Positions 1 through 10,364 are shown, counted from the first letter of the stretch. The stretch: 64,000 nucleotides of DNA from an uncultured Alphaproteobacteria bacterium (GCA_934246625.1 CAKQHZ010000001.1:370964-434963); one strand, 5' to 3'. The notes: generated by a model not told the origin, from the letters alone. A program made the numbers and translations.

Positions 1-324
1 ACACTGAAAACACTAAATCAAATTTTCAAAGAAAGAAAAATTGCAATAGTTCGCGAAATTACCAAAATTTATGAAGAAGTAAAAACTGGAACACCAGAAG
101 AACTTTTTAATCACTTTGCTCAAAATGGTGTAAAGGGTGAAATTGTCGGCGTTATTTCTCCTTGCAAAAAAAAGGAATCTTTTGATAGTGATAAAATTCA
201 AAAAACTCTTTTGGAACTTTTGGAATATATGCCTCTTAAAAGTGCAAGTGAATTTGTTGCGAAGATATTTGATATTTCAAAAAAAGAAGTTTATAATTTA
301 GGTATAAAATTAAAAAATAAATAA
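1..324 (+). CDS. rsmI: 16S rRNA (cytidine1402-2'-O)-methyltransferase RsmI, C-terminal fragment (5' end outside window)
   Basis: Reading frame open from base 1 to the TAA at 322-324. The translation (…VREITKIYEEV…KGEIVGVIS…) resembles the RsmI C-terminal region. No start codon lies in the window. Confidence 0.55.
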   Translation, partial: TLKTLNQIFKERKIAIVREITKIYEEVKTGTPEELFNHFAQNGVKGEIVGVISPCKKKESFDSDKIQKTLLELLEYMPLKSASEFVAKIFDISKKEVYNLGIKLKNK

Positions 325-334
325 GGGGTGAATT

Positions 335-883
335 ATGATAAAACTTTTAATCTGTGCTATTATGATGTTTATTTTTGCATTTCAATCAAATGCTTCTGAA
401 GTTCAAACAAATAATTCCAAAGAAAAAGAAGTAATTTTTTCAAATCAAAGGGAAAATGAAAAAAAGCGTGATATCCAAACCTCTTTTAACATTTCTTTAA
501 ATACTGATGATGATGTCGAACTTACAGATTATCAAAAGGCATTATTAAATTGCGAATCTTTTAATGATGGCAATAAAACTATTATCGGATTTGTTGATGA
601 TAAGTGTAAAACCGAAGAAATTATTGATGATAAAAAAGTAGTATGTAATTTTGAAAAAGATGATTTAAAAACTGCAAGTGAATTCTATGCGGATAAAGAA
701 TCAAATATCCTTAAAACTATTGCTGGAAATTATAATTTTGATTTCAAAATGGATATTCCAGAAGTTGGCATAGATAAAAAAGACGATGATACTGTGTTTA
801 ATTTTAAAATGGCTTTGCCAAAAATTAAACTTGAAAGGACAAAAACTCCTTCTGAAATTTTAATTGAAAAATCTTGTAAATAA
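335..883 (+). CDS. hypothetical secreted acidic protein with an N-terminal signal peptide
   Basis: 182-aa ORF. Hydrophobic N-terminus MIKLLICAIMMFIFAFQSNA followed by a D/E/K-rich sequence. No recognisable family. Confidence 0.5.
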   Translation: MIKLLICAIMMFIFAFQSNASEVQTNNSKEKEVIFSNQRENEKKRDIQTSFNISLNTDDDVELTDYQKALLNCESFNDGNKTIIGFVDDKCKTEEIIDDKKVVCNFEKDDLKTASEFYADKESNILKTIAGNYNFDFKMDIPEVGIDKKDDDTVFNFKMALPKIKLERTKTPSEILIEKSCK

Positions 884-896
884 AGGAACTTATATT

Positions 897-1385
897 ATGG
901 CAACATCTTCTAAACCTCATATTATATCAACAGGGATTATTGCTGAAAATAGAAAAGCTCATTTTAACTATACTATTACTGATACATTTGAAGCTGGACT
1001 TGCCCTTAATGGAAGCGAAGTAAAAAGCCTTAGAATAGGACAAGCAAATATTACAGATGGATATGCAACGCCAAATGGTGAAGGAAGTTTCGTTATAAAC
1101 AATATTACCATTGGAAAATATTCTTCTGAAAATCCATTTGCTCCACACGAAGAAAAACGTCCTCGCCCTCTTCTTCTTAACAAAACTCAAATTAAATATT
1201 TAATTGGTGTTTATAATCGAAAGGGTGCAACTATTGTCCCATTGAAACTTTATTTCAATGAACGCGGTCTTGCAAAACTTCTTATCGGTGTGGGTGTTGG
1301 TAAAAACCAAGTCGATAAACGCGAATCCATAAAAGAACGCGAATGGGAACGTGATAAGGCAAGAATTTTAAAGTTAAGGAGATAA
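897..1385 (+). CDS. smpB: SsrA-binding protein SmpB
   Basis: Translation …ISTGIIAENRKAHFNYTITDTFEAGLALNGSEVKSL… is typical of SmpB. The ATG at 897 is preferred over the TTG at 864 proposed by the ORF track. Confidence 0.9.
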   Translation: MATSSKPHIISTGIIAENRKAHFNYTITDTFEAGLALNGSEVKSLRIGQANITDGYATPNGEGSFVINNITIGKYSSENPFAPHEEKRPRPLLLNKTQIKYLIGVYNRKGATIVPLKLYFNERGLAKLLIGVGVGKNQVDKRESIKEREWERDKARILKLRR

Positions 1386-1387
1386 TT

Positions 1388-2533
1388 TTGAAATCAAAAA
1401 AAATCTTTATTATTGCAGGTGAAGTATCAGGGGATATACTTGGTGCTGATTTAATGAAATCCATCATTTCTAAAGACAAATTCGTAAAATTTTATGGCGT
1501 TGGTGGTGAAGAAATGCAAAAAATCAATGGATTTAAGTCCTTATTTAACATAAAGGACATTGCAGTAATGGGAATTTTTGAGGTTCTTAAACATCTTTGT
1601 ATTATAAAAAAACGAATCAAGGAAACGATAAATCAAATCACAAAAATAAAACCCGATTTAATTATCACTATTGATTCACCTGGGTTTAATATGCGAATTG
1701 TAAAACAAATAAAAAAACAATTTCCAAATATTAAAACTTTGCATTATGTAGCTCCTCAAGTTTGGGCATGGAAAGAAAAGCGTGCGAAAAAAGTTGCTTC
1801 ACTTTATGACTATCTAATTTGTTTTTTTGATTTTGAAATACCCTATTTTACAAAGTATGGGCTTAAAACATTTGCTGTGGGACATACAGCAATAAAAAAT
1901 GTAAATGGAAATAGTGAGCGATTTTTAAAGACTTACAAATTATCAAAAAATGATAATGTGATAACAATGCTCCCTGGGTCAAGGGCGCAAATTGCAAAAC
2001 GACTTTTGCCTATATATAAAGAGGTTGTTGAAAAACTTTATAAACAAGTTAAAAATTTAAAAGTTGTGATGCCTACAACTTCTACTTCCCATAACTTTAT
2101 AATAAATGAAGTTGCAAAGTGGAACATAAAACCTCTTATTATCACAACAAAGCAAGATAGATATGATGCTTTTGTGGCAAGTAAAGCTGTGCTTTCTATA
2201 TCTGGAACTGCGGTTTTGGAAATTGCAGTTGCAAAAACGCCTGTTATAGTAGCATATAAACTTTCACCTCTTTCATATATGATTGCAAAAAGACTTGTTA
2301 AAATAAAAAATGTTTCCCTTCCAAACATTATTATGGGGAAACAAATTGTTCCCGAATTTATTCAAGAAAGATGTAATGCAACTTTGCTTTCCAAGGAATT
2401 AAAAAAGATTATAACAAATAAACAATATCGTGATGGTATGGTTAAAAACCTTGAAGAAATGAATAAAAAAATTACTCAAAAAAAGGCTCCATCTGATATG
2501 GCAAGTGATATAATTTTGAAAATTTTAGGATAA
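1388..2533 (+). CDS. lpxB: lipid-A-disaccharide synthase
   Basis: 381 aa. The N-terminus IFIIAGEVSGDILGADLMKS matches the LpxB glycosyltransferase signature. Confidence 0.88.
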   Translation: MKSKKIFIIAGEVSGDILGADLMKSIISKDKFVKFYGVGGEEMQKINGFKSLFNIKDIAVMGIFEVLKHLCIIKKRIKETINQITKIKPDLIITIDSPGFNMRIVKQIKKQFPNIKTLHYVAPQVWAWKEKRAKKVASLYDYLICFFDFEIPYFTKYGLKTFAVGHTAIKNVNGNSERFLKTYKLSKNDNVITMLPGSRAQIAKRLLPIYKEVVEKLYKQVKNLKVVMPTTSTSHNFIINEVAKWNIKPLIITTKQDRYDAFVASKAVLSISGTAVLEIAVAKTPVIVAYKLSPLSYMIAKRLVKIKNVSLPNIIMGKQIVPEFIQERCNATLLSKELKKIITNKQYRDGMVKNLEEMNKKITQKKAPSDMASDIILKILG

Positions 2534-2636
2534 AATTCTTGATATTATCCTATAAAAACTAACAAAAAACTAAGTTTTTGCGAAAATGCTTGATTTTTTT
2601 AAATAAAGGTATAATATAGTTTTATTCTTTTTAAAT

Positions 2637-2713
2637 CGCGGGATAGAGCAGTCTGGTAGCTCGCAAGGCTCATAACCTTGAGGTCAGTGGTTCAAATCCA
2701 CTTCCCGCAACCA
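2637..2713 (+). tRNA. initiator tRNA-fMet (anticodon CAU)
   Basis: 77-nt cloverleaf: CGCGGGA acceptor with a C1:A72 mismatch, CTCATAA anticodon loop, GGTTCAAATCC T-loop and a 3' CCA. It is nearly collinear with E. coli tRNA-fMet. Confidence 0.9.
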
Positions 2714-2884
2714 ATTTTTCCAAAAATCGATAATTTTTAATTTTCAAATCTAGTTCGTTTGATGCTTTGAAATAATTCAAATTTTTCAAATAGTTATAGT
2801 TAATGACTAAATCCCTATTATCAATATCTACTTGAAAAGGGGAAACAAACATTATATCCTTTAAATGTATTCATTCGAATACAA

Positions 2885-3060
2885 GGACTGTAGTAAGTCC
2901 ATAAACAACTGCCGATATGAACCTTTCATATCGTGCCCCCACTAACCGGTGGGAGTCTTTGGTGTATGTACAGAGGATTACCTTAAAGACCAAAGAAGTC
3001 ATTGTTGTTTATGATTTACTAACTCCCACCACTTTATGGTAAAAGAGTCGTTTCATAATC
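2885..3060. ncRNA. candidate structured non-coding RNA (family unknown); strand unresolved
   Basis: No ORF. A closing stem (ATAAACAAC at 2903-2911 pairs with GTTGTTTAT at about 3003-3011) encloses three local hairpins: CGATATGA/TCATATCG, CCCAC/GTGGG and CTTTGGT/ACCAAAG. A T-run follows at about 3063-3078. Confidence 0.3.
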
Positions 3061-3075
3061 CTGTTTTTTATTATT

Positions 3076-3606
3076 TTAAGATTTATTTTTTAGCAAAGAT
3101 AAAACTTCTTTTATTTCTTTACGTGTTTTAAATGCTCTTTTTGGAATACCCAAAAAAGACATTTGACCATATTCGCAGATAATAATATCTTTTTCATCAT
3201 ATACTTTTATATCTTTATAATTAACTTTTGTTAAAGCAACTGGTTCAGTTTGATATGTAAGATAGCCTTTTTTAAAATCTACTAAAACAGGTAAATTTGT
3301 TAGTCTGTAGAACTTATAATATCTTTTAGAATAAATAGAAAAAATATTATATTTGCAAACGAAATAGTTAACATACATTACTAAGCCCAAAATAAAAGCG
3401 ATTATAAAACCTGATTTTACTAAGGCATAAAAATTTCTATCCTTTACAACCAAAGACATTCCCACTGGCCAAAATACCAATATAAATAAAATTGCTTTTA
3501 ATGATACTGTTTGAGCTTTTAAAGATTTTTTAAAATAAAAATTATCTCTCATTACTTTTAATAAATTTTTAAAATCTTTTAAGTTACATTGATATTGTAT
3601 TTTCAT
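3076..3606 (-). CDS. hypothetical integral membrane protein
   Basis: 176-aa ORF with two or three hydrophobic helices and a C-terminal soluble domain. Its stop abuts the surA-like start. Confidence 0.5.
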   Translation of the reverse strand: MKIQYQCNLKDFKNLLKVMRDNFYFKKSLKAQTVSLKAILFILVFWPVGMSLVVKDRNFYALVKSGFIIAFILGLVMYVNYFVCKYNIFSIYSKRYYKFYRLTNLPVLVDFKKGYLTYQTEPVALTKVNYKDIKVYDEKDIIICEYGQMSFLGIPKRAFKTRKEIKEVLSLLKNKS

Positions 3607-3608
3607 TT

Positions 3609-4502
3609 TTACTCCTTTATATCAATTATTGAATTTGCCTTTATTTTTTCAAAATATTTATTTGCATAGGCATCAAGTTTGTTTTGGAAAATCATATATT
3701 TTATATTTTCCTTTTCTTCATTTGAAACTTTTGGTGTATATGTCCTTTTATCACAAATGAAAAATATTGTATCAAGTCCATCAAGTTTTATTGGGTCAAG
3801 TGCGGTTGAAAGCGGTGCGGACTTAGTTAAATTAAATAAATCCCTTTGCATTTGAGAATCAAGTATATTCATTTTAAAACCACTTCCCGCTTCACCATTT
3901 GAATTTGCAAAATTTTCAAATTCTTCACAGGTGGAAATTTGCTTTGCTTTTGTAATTAAACTTTCACTTTTATCCTTTAAAATAAATGGAATTAGAGTAT
4001 ATTCAAAATGGCTGTCCTTTGCCATATTATCAATAAAAAGATTTACTTCGTTATCTTGGACCTTTATATATGCACGCAAAACTTGCATAACAAATTTTGC
4101 CCAAATAACATCAGCCCTTATTTGTTCGTTTAAGACATCTTCACTAACATCTGCTTCCTTTAAAATCTCAGCATAACCATTTGGACCAAGTTTTAACATA
4201 TTAACCATATTTGATTTTGCGTGTTCGATTTCGTCCTTTGTCGCGGAAATGTTATACTTTCTTGCCTCGGCAATTTTGATTTTATCATCAATCATTTCAT
4301 CAAAAACATTTTTGTAAATGTTATCATCTGACATCTTAATTTTTGTATGTTTTAAAAGAGCAGAAGATAATTTTTTTCGTTCCAATACATCATAGGAAGT
4401 AATGATTTCATCATTTACGATTGCTTTTATTTCAACATTATCGGCTAATGATATGTTTGCAAAACATATTATGAAAAGAAATAATAATTTATAAAACATC
4501 AC
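3609..4502 (-). CDS. surA: SurA-like periplasmic chaperone (N-terminal chaperone domain; no clear PPIase motif)
   Basis: Start chosen at MFYKLLFLF (4502) with a GAGGGGG RBS. Signal peptide present, and an SurA N-domain-like region IKAIVNDEIITSYDVLERKK. It lies immediately downstream of lptD, as in the conserved lptD-surA arrangement. Confidence 0.65.
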   Translation of the reverse strand: MMFYKLLFLFIICFANISLADNVEIKAIVNDEIITSYDVLERKKLSSALLKHTKIKMSDDNIYKNVFDEMIDDKIKIAEARKYNISATKDEIEHAKSNMVNMLKLGPNGYAEILKEADVSEDVLNEQIRADVIWAKFVMQVLRAYIKVQDNEVNLFIDNMAKDSHFEYTLIPFILKDKSESLITKAKQISTCEEFENFANSNGEAGSGFKMNILDSQMQRDLFNLTKSAPLSTALDPIKLDGLDTIFFICDKRTYTPKVSNEEKENIKYMIFQNKLDAYANKYFEKIKANSIIDIKE

Positions 4503-4521
4503 TTTCCCCCTCTTTATATCA

Positions 4522-6678
4522 TTATTCAGTTGAGCCAAGCCCAAAACTTGATGATACAGTTCCCAAAGTTTTAAATGAAAGACTGAAATAAACAGCCTTA
4601 TCACCAACATAATCTCGGTCTCGTGTAAATTCGTTTATAACATTTAATGCAAACTTAAAGCAATCATTTTCATAAACAATTCCACCAAGTATATTTATAT
4701 CACGGTTTTGATATAAATCATATCTGTTTCCAACAAAAACTCTCCATTTATTAGTAAGTTGTGATGAAAGATAAGTATTGATTTCATCTTTTCTTACTGA
4801 AAGTTCGTCCTCTATATACATATTTCGTAAATATACATAATTGACAGTTAAATTTAATGCACGAGAACCGACATATAAATTCACATCGTTTCTGTTGATT
4901 TTGAAATCTGTATTATTCATTCTGGTTTTATATTGTAATCTTAAAAATGGTGAAGGTGAATAGGAAAGATTTGCTACTATATCAGATGCACCAGAAGAAT
5001 TTTTAAGTCCACTGTTTTCCAAATATATATCATCAGGAACGTCAATATTAAAGTTTTGACCAATAAAAAATGATACATTTTGATTGTTATCATAATTTTG
5101 AACAAAGTTTAATCCATAATTAACTCTGGTTCCGGATTCAAAAATGTCATAACCTGAAAATCTGTCATCAGAAAAAAGATTTTCAACTTCCAATTCCATA
5201 TATTTACTATCCATATTTGGAATTTCGGGATTTGAACTTTGTTTTCGTGAAGTAATAAATTGAACCATAGGTTGCAATATTTCTGTTCTGTTAGAATATG
5301 AACGATATAATGGATATTTCCATATTAAATCTGCACTTATATCACTTCGTCCCTTTGTTCCAGAATAATATGGTTTTGATTCATTGTCTGGATTATGAAT
5401 ATCGTCAAGAACATACAAATCACCACGAGCACCCAAAGTCAAATTAAACAAATGTCCACCAGCGGTTTTAAATGGTTGTGTATATTTGATTATTGTTGAA
5501 GTTCTGAAATTTGTTTCATCAGGTGTAAGTGGATTTGAATAATCCTTTATTATATGTGCAGTATTAAGATTGAAATCCCAATATCCACCAACGCTATTTG
5601 GTTCGGAAATTCGTCTGTAATCAATTATTGGTAAAACCTTTGGTGTATAGCTATCCTGTAAATTACGCAAATCTTGATAAAAATATGTATTTGCAGTCAA
5701 ATAACTTCTGTTATATGTGCCTTCTATACCAATTTGTGAAGAAAGCCATGGGTCAGAATTAAAATCATAAAGTCGCAAATATGTATCATCAGATGTTCGC
5801 TCAATATTTGCAATACCACGCCATACATCATCTATTTCAAAATAATTATTTGTCTTTATATACCAACGTTTATCTTCTTCGTTAGATGATTGTTTAAAAC
5901 TTGCATTAGTAGTGCTTGTAAAGAAATCTTGATTGGTTCTGTATTCTGTAATAAACAATGTTCCCTTTTTTGATGTGAACATAGGGGTAATTGTCATATC
6001 ATTATATGGATTGATTTTTATAAATAATGGTATTTGTGCAACATATCCCAAATTTGAAGATGTTCCAAATGACGGAAATAATAGCCCTGTTTTATTTTTA
6101 ACATTTGGTGCATAGTTTATAAGATATGGTAAATAAAATACAGGGACATCAAATAAATAAATCAAAGCATTATTATATACTAATGAACCATCGTCAGTAT
6201 CGTGTTTTATTTTACTTGCTCCAATTTTCCATGTTGGACTTTCACCACAACCTTCTAAACCTTCTTTACATGCAGTATATTCTACATCGTGCAAAATAAT
6301 TTTCTTTTTACCAATCATTTCGGCTGATTGTGATGAAGCATAGGAGTTTTCACCAAACTTTATATCTGTTTTTCCAATAGTAGCATTATCAGATTGGGTT
6401 CCAATAACCATATTTTGTGTTGTGATATTTCCGTTGGAATTGCTTATATCAACATTTCCTTTTGCAACAATTTCCTTTGTATTTGTATCAAATTCCAAAG
6501 TCTTTGTTCTTAATTTATTTTTATTGTATTCAATATCACTATAACCAACAGATGTAAAAATACCTGTGTTTTTATCATAAATAATTTCAGATGTTTCAAA
6601 AAATGTATCCTTTCCATCATCAGCAAAAGTTGGAACAGAAACCAAACAAATAAGTATAAAGGCAAGCAAACGATTCAT
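4522..6678 (-). CDS. lptD: LPS-assembly outer-membrane protein LptD
   Basis: 718 aa with a signal peptide, an OstA-like N-domain and a large beta-barrel-type C-terminal region. Confidence 0.88.
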   Translation of the reverse strand: MNRLLAFILICLVSVPTFADDGKDTFFETSEIIYDKNTGIFTSVGYSDIEYNKNKLRTKTLEFDTNTKEIVAKGNVDISNSNGNITTQNMVIGTQSDNATIGKTDIKFGENSYASSQSAEMIGKKKIILHDVEYTACKEGLEGCGESPTWKIGASKIKHDTDDGSLVYNNALIYLFDVPVFYLPYLINYAPNVKNKTGLLFPSFGTSSNLGYVAQIPLFIKINPYNDMTITPMFTSKKGTLFITEYRTNQDFFTSTTNASFKQSSNEEDKRWYIKTNNYFEIDDVWRGIANIERTSDDTYLRLYDFNSDPWLSSQIGIEGTYNRSYLTANTYFYQDLRNLQDSYTPKVLPIIDYRRISEPNSVGGYWDFNLNTAHIIKDYSNPLTPDETNFRTSTIIKYTQPFKTAGGHLFNLTLGARGDLYVLDDIHNPDNESKPYYSGTKGRSDISADLIWKYPLYRSYSNRTEILQPMVQFITSRKQSSNPEIPNMDSKYMELEVENLFSDDRFSGYDIFESGTRVNYGLNFVQNYDNNQNVSFFIGQNFNIDVPDDIYLENSGLKNSSGASDIVANLSYSPSPFLRLQYKTRMNNTDFKINRNDVNLYVGSRALNLTVNYVYLRNMYIEDELSVRKDEINTYLSSQLTNKWRVFVGNRYDLYQNRDINILGGIVYENDCFKFALNVINEFTRDRDYVGDKAVYFSLSFKTLGTVSSSFGLGSTE

Positions 6679-7817
6679 TATTTTTTCACCTTCTTTTTAA
6701 ACTTAAATCTGTTTAGATTTATTGATTTTTCAGCATAAAGTATTTTAAATAAAATGTATAACAACAAAATGGTTAAAATATACACTGCTGGATACATATT
6801 CATTTTAACCCTTAATAAATTAAAGATAGAAATAAAGCACATTTCAACTGCGACCATACCTGCGACTGCAAATATCATATTTTTATTTTCACTTCGTTTG
6901 TTAAGTGGTGCTTTGAATACTGCAATAAGAGCAATTAAAACAAATATTAAATTATAAAGTGGCATTATTAAACGTTTATGAAGTTCAACCAAATATTTTG
7001 GATAAGTAATTGCATTTGCATAGCCCAACTCACGTGCAAAAATAATTTCAAAGTTGCCAAGTTCGTTTGCCTTTACATTTCGTTCCGAACTTGTGGCGAT
7101 AACACCTAAATCCGCCGTATAATTTTCAAAATTACCAACGGTATATCTGTTCTTAACCTTTTCTTGGACACTTCCATGCTCAAGGGTAAGTGTTATATTA
7201 TTTTTTGACGCACTGACAATTCCCTGTTCCGCAAGGATAGTTCGCATACTGTTTGCTGAACGTAAGTCATTTATAAATATATCAGTTAAAATATTATTGT
7301 TTGAATTTTTAACATAAATTGTAAGGCCATTTGTTAATTGATTAAACTCCCCCTCCTTTATAAGAAGTGCAGATAAATCGTTTTTTGCCTCAAATGCAAA
7401 GGTTCTATATTTTTTTGCATACATTGGTGAAAGTCGTAATGTAATAAAGTATGAAAAAATTGTCATACAAACTGCAATATATATTGCTGGCTTTGCAAGT
7501 TGACGAACGTTCATTCCTATTGCTTCCATTATAATAAGTTCCTTATCAGAAATAAGTTTATTATACACAAACAAAACAACCGCAAATAATGCAATAGGTA
7601 AAATAATAGAAACTAAATCAGGCAACAATAATGATGTCATTTTCAAAAATGTCCACATTGATAAATTGTTATTTACCAAATATGAAAGCAATCTTATTAT
7701 TTGTGAAAACCACGCAATACCTAATAAAATTGATGATACAATTAAAAGCCCAAACAATATTTGCTTGGATATATATTTTTCAATTATCGTTATGTTATAT
7801 AATTTGCTTTTTTTCAT
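6678..7817 (-). CDS. LPS export ABC transporter permease, LptF/LptG (YjgP/YjgQ) family
   Basis: 379 aa, six predicted TM helices with a periplasmic insert. Overlaps the lptD start. Confidence 0.8.
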   Translation of the reverse strand: MKKSKLYNITIIEKYISKQILFGLLIVSSILLGIAWFSQIIRLLSYLVNNNLSMWTFLKMTSLLLPDLVSIILPIALFAVVLFVYNKLISDKELIIMEAIGMNVRQLAKPAIYIAVCMTIFSYFITLRLSPMYAKKYRTFAFEAKNDLSALLIKEGEFNQLTNGLTIYVKNSNNNILTDIFINDLRSANSMRTILAEQGIVSASKNNITLTLEHGSVQEKVKNRYTVGNFENYTADLGVIATSSERNVKANELGNFEIIFARELGYANAITYPKYLVELHKRLIMPLYNLIFVLIALIAVFKAPLNKRSENKNMIFAVAGMVAVEMCFISIFNLLRVKMNMYPAVYILTILLLYILFKILYAEKSINLNRFKFKKKVKK

Positions 7818-8010
7818 AGTTTTATGATTTTACTATTGTTTTTTTTATTTTTAAAGTATTTTTTTATTATATATAGGAAAGTATTAAAATTATATTTTGC
7901 AAATTGAAATTTTTTATAAAAAATTATAAAATATTTAAAAAAATTTAGACTTTTTGAAATTTTTTCTTGATATATAAAAAAATAAATAGTAAAACAAAAA
8001 TTGGAGAAGG

Positions 8011-9621
8011 ATGAAAGGGTTAAAAGGAATGCAAAAGAGGTTTTATTTATTTTTGATGTTGCTTGTTGGCATCATAAATGCCTCTACCCTGGATTCAAGG
8101 AGGTCTAGGGGGACACAAAAAAATCGTGTTTCCCTAGATTTTTCAAGCTCTTCTCTTTCAAATGTTGCAACCCTAAATGATATTGTTCCAGAAGCTCCAA
8201 ATTCCGCTTTCCTTCCATCTGAAGATGATATTATTGAATATCAGGCTGTGGCATTAAATGACGAAATAACTTATCCTATCAATGATAAGGTTTCTGAGGT
8301 TATTGATGATGATAAAGAAGAAATTAAACCTGTTGAAATATCTTCTGTTGATGAAATAAAACTTCAACCTAAAAAAACTATCCTTCCAAAAAAAGAAGAT
8401 AAAAAACAACATAAAAAAATTGCTTCTTTGCGTCCTGATGAACTTATAAAACAATTCAATAAAACTAAACGTCAACTTAGTGAAATAAAACAAAAGGCAA
8501 AACCTGATGTTTCAAATGTTGTGGTTGGTGAAGGTGAAGAAGTTTTGGTTTCTGTATCAGAAAAAACTCAACCAAAAATTGATACTAAAGTTATTATCCC
8601 TACAACCAGTGTAAAACGCCCTCCTCTTCCTCCTGCTTTGAACGAAGATGACTATTTCCCTGAAGATAGTAGTGCAAAGGCAGAAAGTCCTTTTGGTGTT
8701 AGTGTTGCAAACATTGTTCCAAAAGATGTAGGAATTGAAAGAAGTGTAAAAAACTCTGTTGAATTATCAAAAAAATCAAGAAAAAGTAAAAGTGATATTT
8801 CATTTGGTGAAAAAAATAATCCTTTTGTAAAGGCTTTTTCTGCTATCAAGCCTGAAAACCAAGATAATGCAACAGAAGTAAAAACTTCTAAATCATCAAA
8901 TAAGAAAAAGGAAAAGGTTGTTTCTTCCGTTTCAGCAAAAAATTTGAAACAAGATTTGTATCACACATATATTTCCGATAATAAATATTTATCACCTGTG
9001 GAATATTATGATGACGATGCTGAATTTTTAGAAGAAGATGTTGAAAATGATTTGGAAGAAAATGCTCAAGCCGATGCAGAAGAATATGCCGAAGATGCCG
9101 ATTTTTCAAAGGAAAAAAATGTAAAGGACGCAATGGCTGGTGATGTTGGTCCAATCAATGTAAACACCATTAAAACAAAAATGCAAAATGTGAAAAAATC
9201 TTCTGAATTACCAAGTGGCCCATTAAAAATTGGTAATAGAGAAGTTTTACAAATGAAACTTGATTTTGAATCTGGAAGTTCCGCAATCAGTCGTGAAAGT
9301 GTAAATATTATTCGTTCATTTGCTCAAATTGCAAAAGACCAACCAACAAATTCTATTCAAATTGCAATTTCTGAAAATGCAATGAAAAATACAAAGGCAA
9401 AAAAACTTGCTGCACGAAGACTTGCTATTGTAAGTAATGTTTTAAGAAATGAAGGACTTTCTGATAAACAAATTACACCTGTGCTTACAAATCGTGATAT
9501 TGACTCTTTCTCTTTCAGAGTTGTTAATAATGACTCCTATGACAAACTTCGTGTTTCAAAGGGTGCTGATATTTTTGGCGAAGAAGAAAATGTAAAAGAA
9601 TATGATTTGATGAGATGGTAA
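8011..9621 (+). CDS. secreted low-complexity (D/E/K/S-rich) protein with an OmpA/MotB-like C-terminal domain
   Basis: Signal peptide MQKRFYLFLMLLVGIINAS; the ATG at 8029 is the likely start. The C-terminus (LDFESGSSAISRESVNIIRSFAQIAKDQP…AARRLAIVSNVL) resembles an OmpA_C peptidoglycan-binding fold. Confidence 0.5.
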   Translation: MKGLKGMQKRFYLFLMLLVGIINASTLDSRRSRGTQKNRVSLDFSSSSLSNVATLNDIVPEAPNSAFLPSEDDIIEYQAVALNDEITYPINDKVSEVIDDDKEEIKPVEISSVDEIKLQPKKTILPKKEDKKQHKKIASLRPDELIKQFNKTKRQLSEIKQKAKPDVSNVVVGEGEEVLVSVSEKTQPKIDTKVIIPTTSVKRPPLPPALNEDDYFPEDSSAKAESPFGVSVANIVPKDVGIERSVKNSVELSKKSRKSKSDISFGEKNNPFVKAFSAIKPENQDNATEVKTSKSSNKKKEKVVSSVSAKNLKQDLYHTYISDNKYLSPVEYYDDDAEFLEEDVENDLEENAQADAEEYAEDADFSKEKNVKDAMAGDVGPINVNTIKTKMQNVKKSSELPSGPLKIGNREVLQMKLDFESGSSAISRESVNIIRSFAQIAKDQPTNSIQIAISENAMKNTKAKKLAARRLAIVSNVLRNEGLSDKQITPVLTNRDIDSFSFRVVNNDSYDKLRVSKGADIFGEEENVKEYDLMRW

Positions 9622-10364
9622 TAGCTTCTGTTTTCAAAAATTTTTTTAAAAAAGTAATTAACTTTGTTTTTCCCGCTCAATGTATTATATGCAAAAACTT
9701 CATTGAAAATGATGATGGTATTTGTTTTGAATGTCTAAATAAAATTGATTTTATAAGTGAACCAAGATGTGCATATTGTGGTTATCCATTTGAAATTATG
9801 TTCCCAAATCAAAAAACAAAATCTAATTACTTTGTATGTCCACATTGCCTTAAATCAAAACCAAAATTTAATAAATGCCTTAGCGTTGTTCGTTATAACG
9901 ATGCGTCAAAAAAAATTATTCTTCCTTTCAAACATGCTGATAAAACAAATTATGCTCGTATTATGGGGAAAATGATGGCAAGCACAATTTCTCCTTATAA
10001 GGATAAATTTGATTATATTATTCCTGTGCCAATACATCTTAAACGAATGTTGAAAAGAAAGTATAATCAATCGGCTTTACTTGCAAATGTTATTGCAAAA
10101 ATTTTGAAAAAGCCTGTGTTATATAATATCCTTATCAGAAATAAGTTTAAGGAATCTCAAGGACATCTTTCTATAAAGGAAAGAAAGCTAAATGTAAAAA
10201 ATTCGTTTATGGTTAAAAATAACTCTATCATAAAAGGTAAAAATATTTTGATTGTTGATGATGTTATGACTACTGGTGCAACTCTTAATGAATGTGCAAA
10301 AGTTCTTAAACATGCTGGGGCAAGAAAAATTTTTGTTGCAACCTTTGCAAGGGTTGTTAAATAG
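9615..10364 (+). CDS. ComF-family protein (phosphoribosyltransferase domain with an N-terminal Cys4 zinc finger)
   Basis: CxxC…CxxC N-terminus. The C-terminal PRTase motif is ILIVDDVMTTGATLNE. Confidence 0.75.
   Translation: MVIASVFKNFFKKVINFVFPAQCIICKNFIENDDGICFECLNKIDFISEPRCAYCGYPFEIMFPNQKTKSNYFVCPHCLKSKPKFNKCLSVVRYNDASKKIILPFKHADKTNYARIMGKMMASTISPYKDKFDYIIPVPIHLKRMLKRKYNQSALLANVIAKILKKPVLYNILIRNKFKESQGHLSIKERKLNVKNSFMVKNNSIIKGKNILIVDDVMTTGATLNECAKVLKHAGARKIFVATFARVVK

Noticed and set aside
864-896. Upstream TTG start proposed for smpB
   Set aside because: The ATG at 897 gives the canonical SmpB N-terminus. The 11-codon extension would overlap the preceding gene's stop region.
2670-2852. 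60-aa minus-strand ORF from the six-frame track
   Set aside because: It overlaps the tRNA-fMet gene and the AT-rich spacer. It has no RBS and its composition is typical of an antisense artefact.
2714-3075. tmRNA (ssrA) next to smpB
   Set aside because: No tRNA-like T-arm/acceptor and no recognisable tag-peptide reading frame. Kept only as an unclassified structured RNA candidate.
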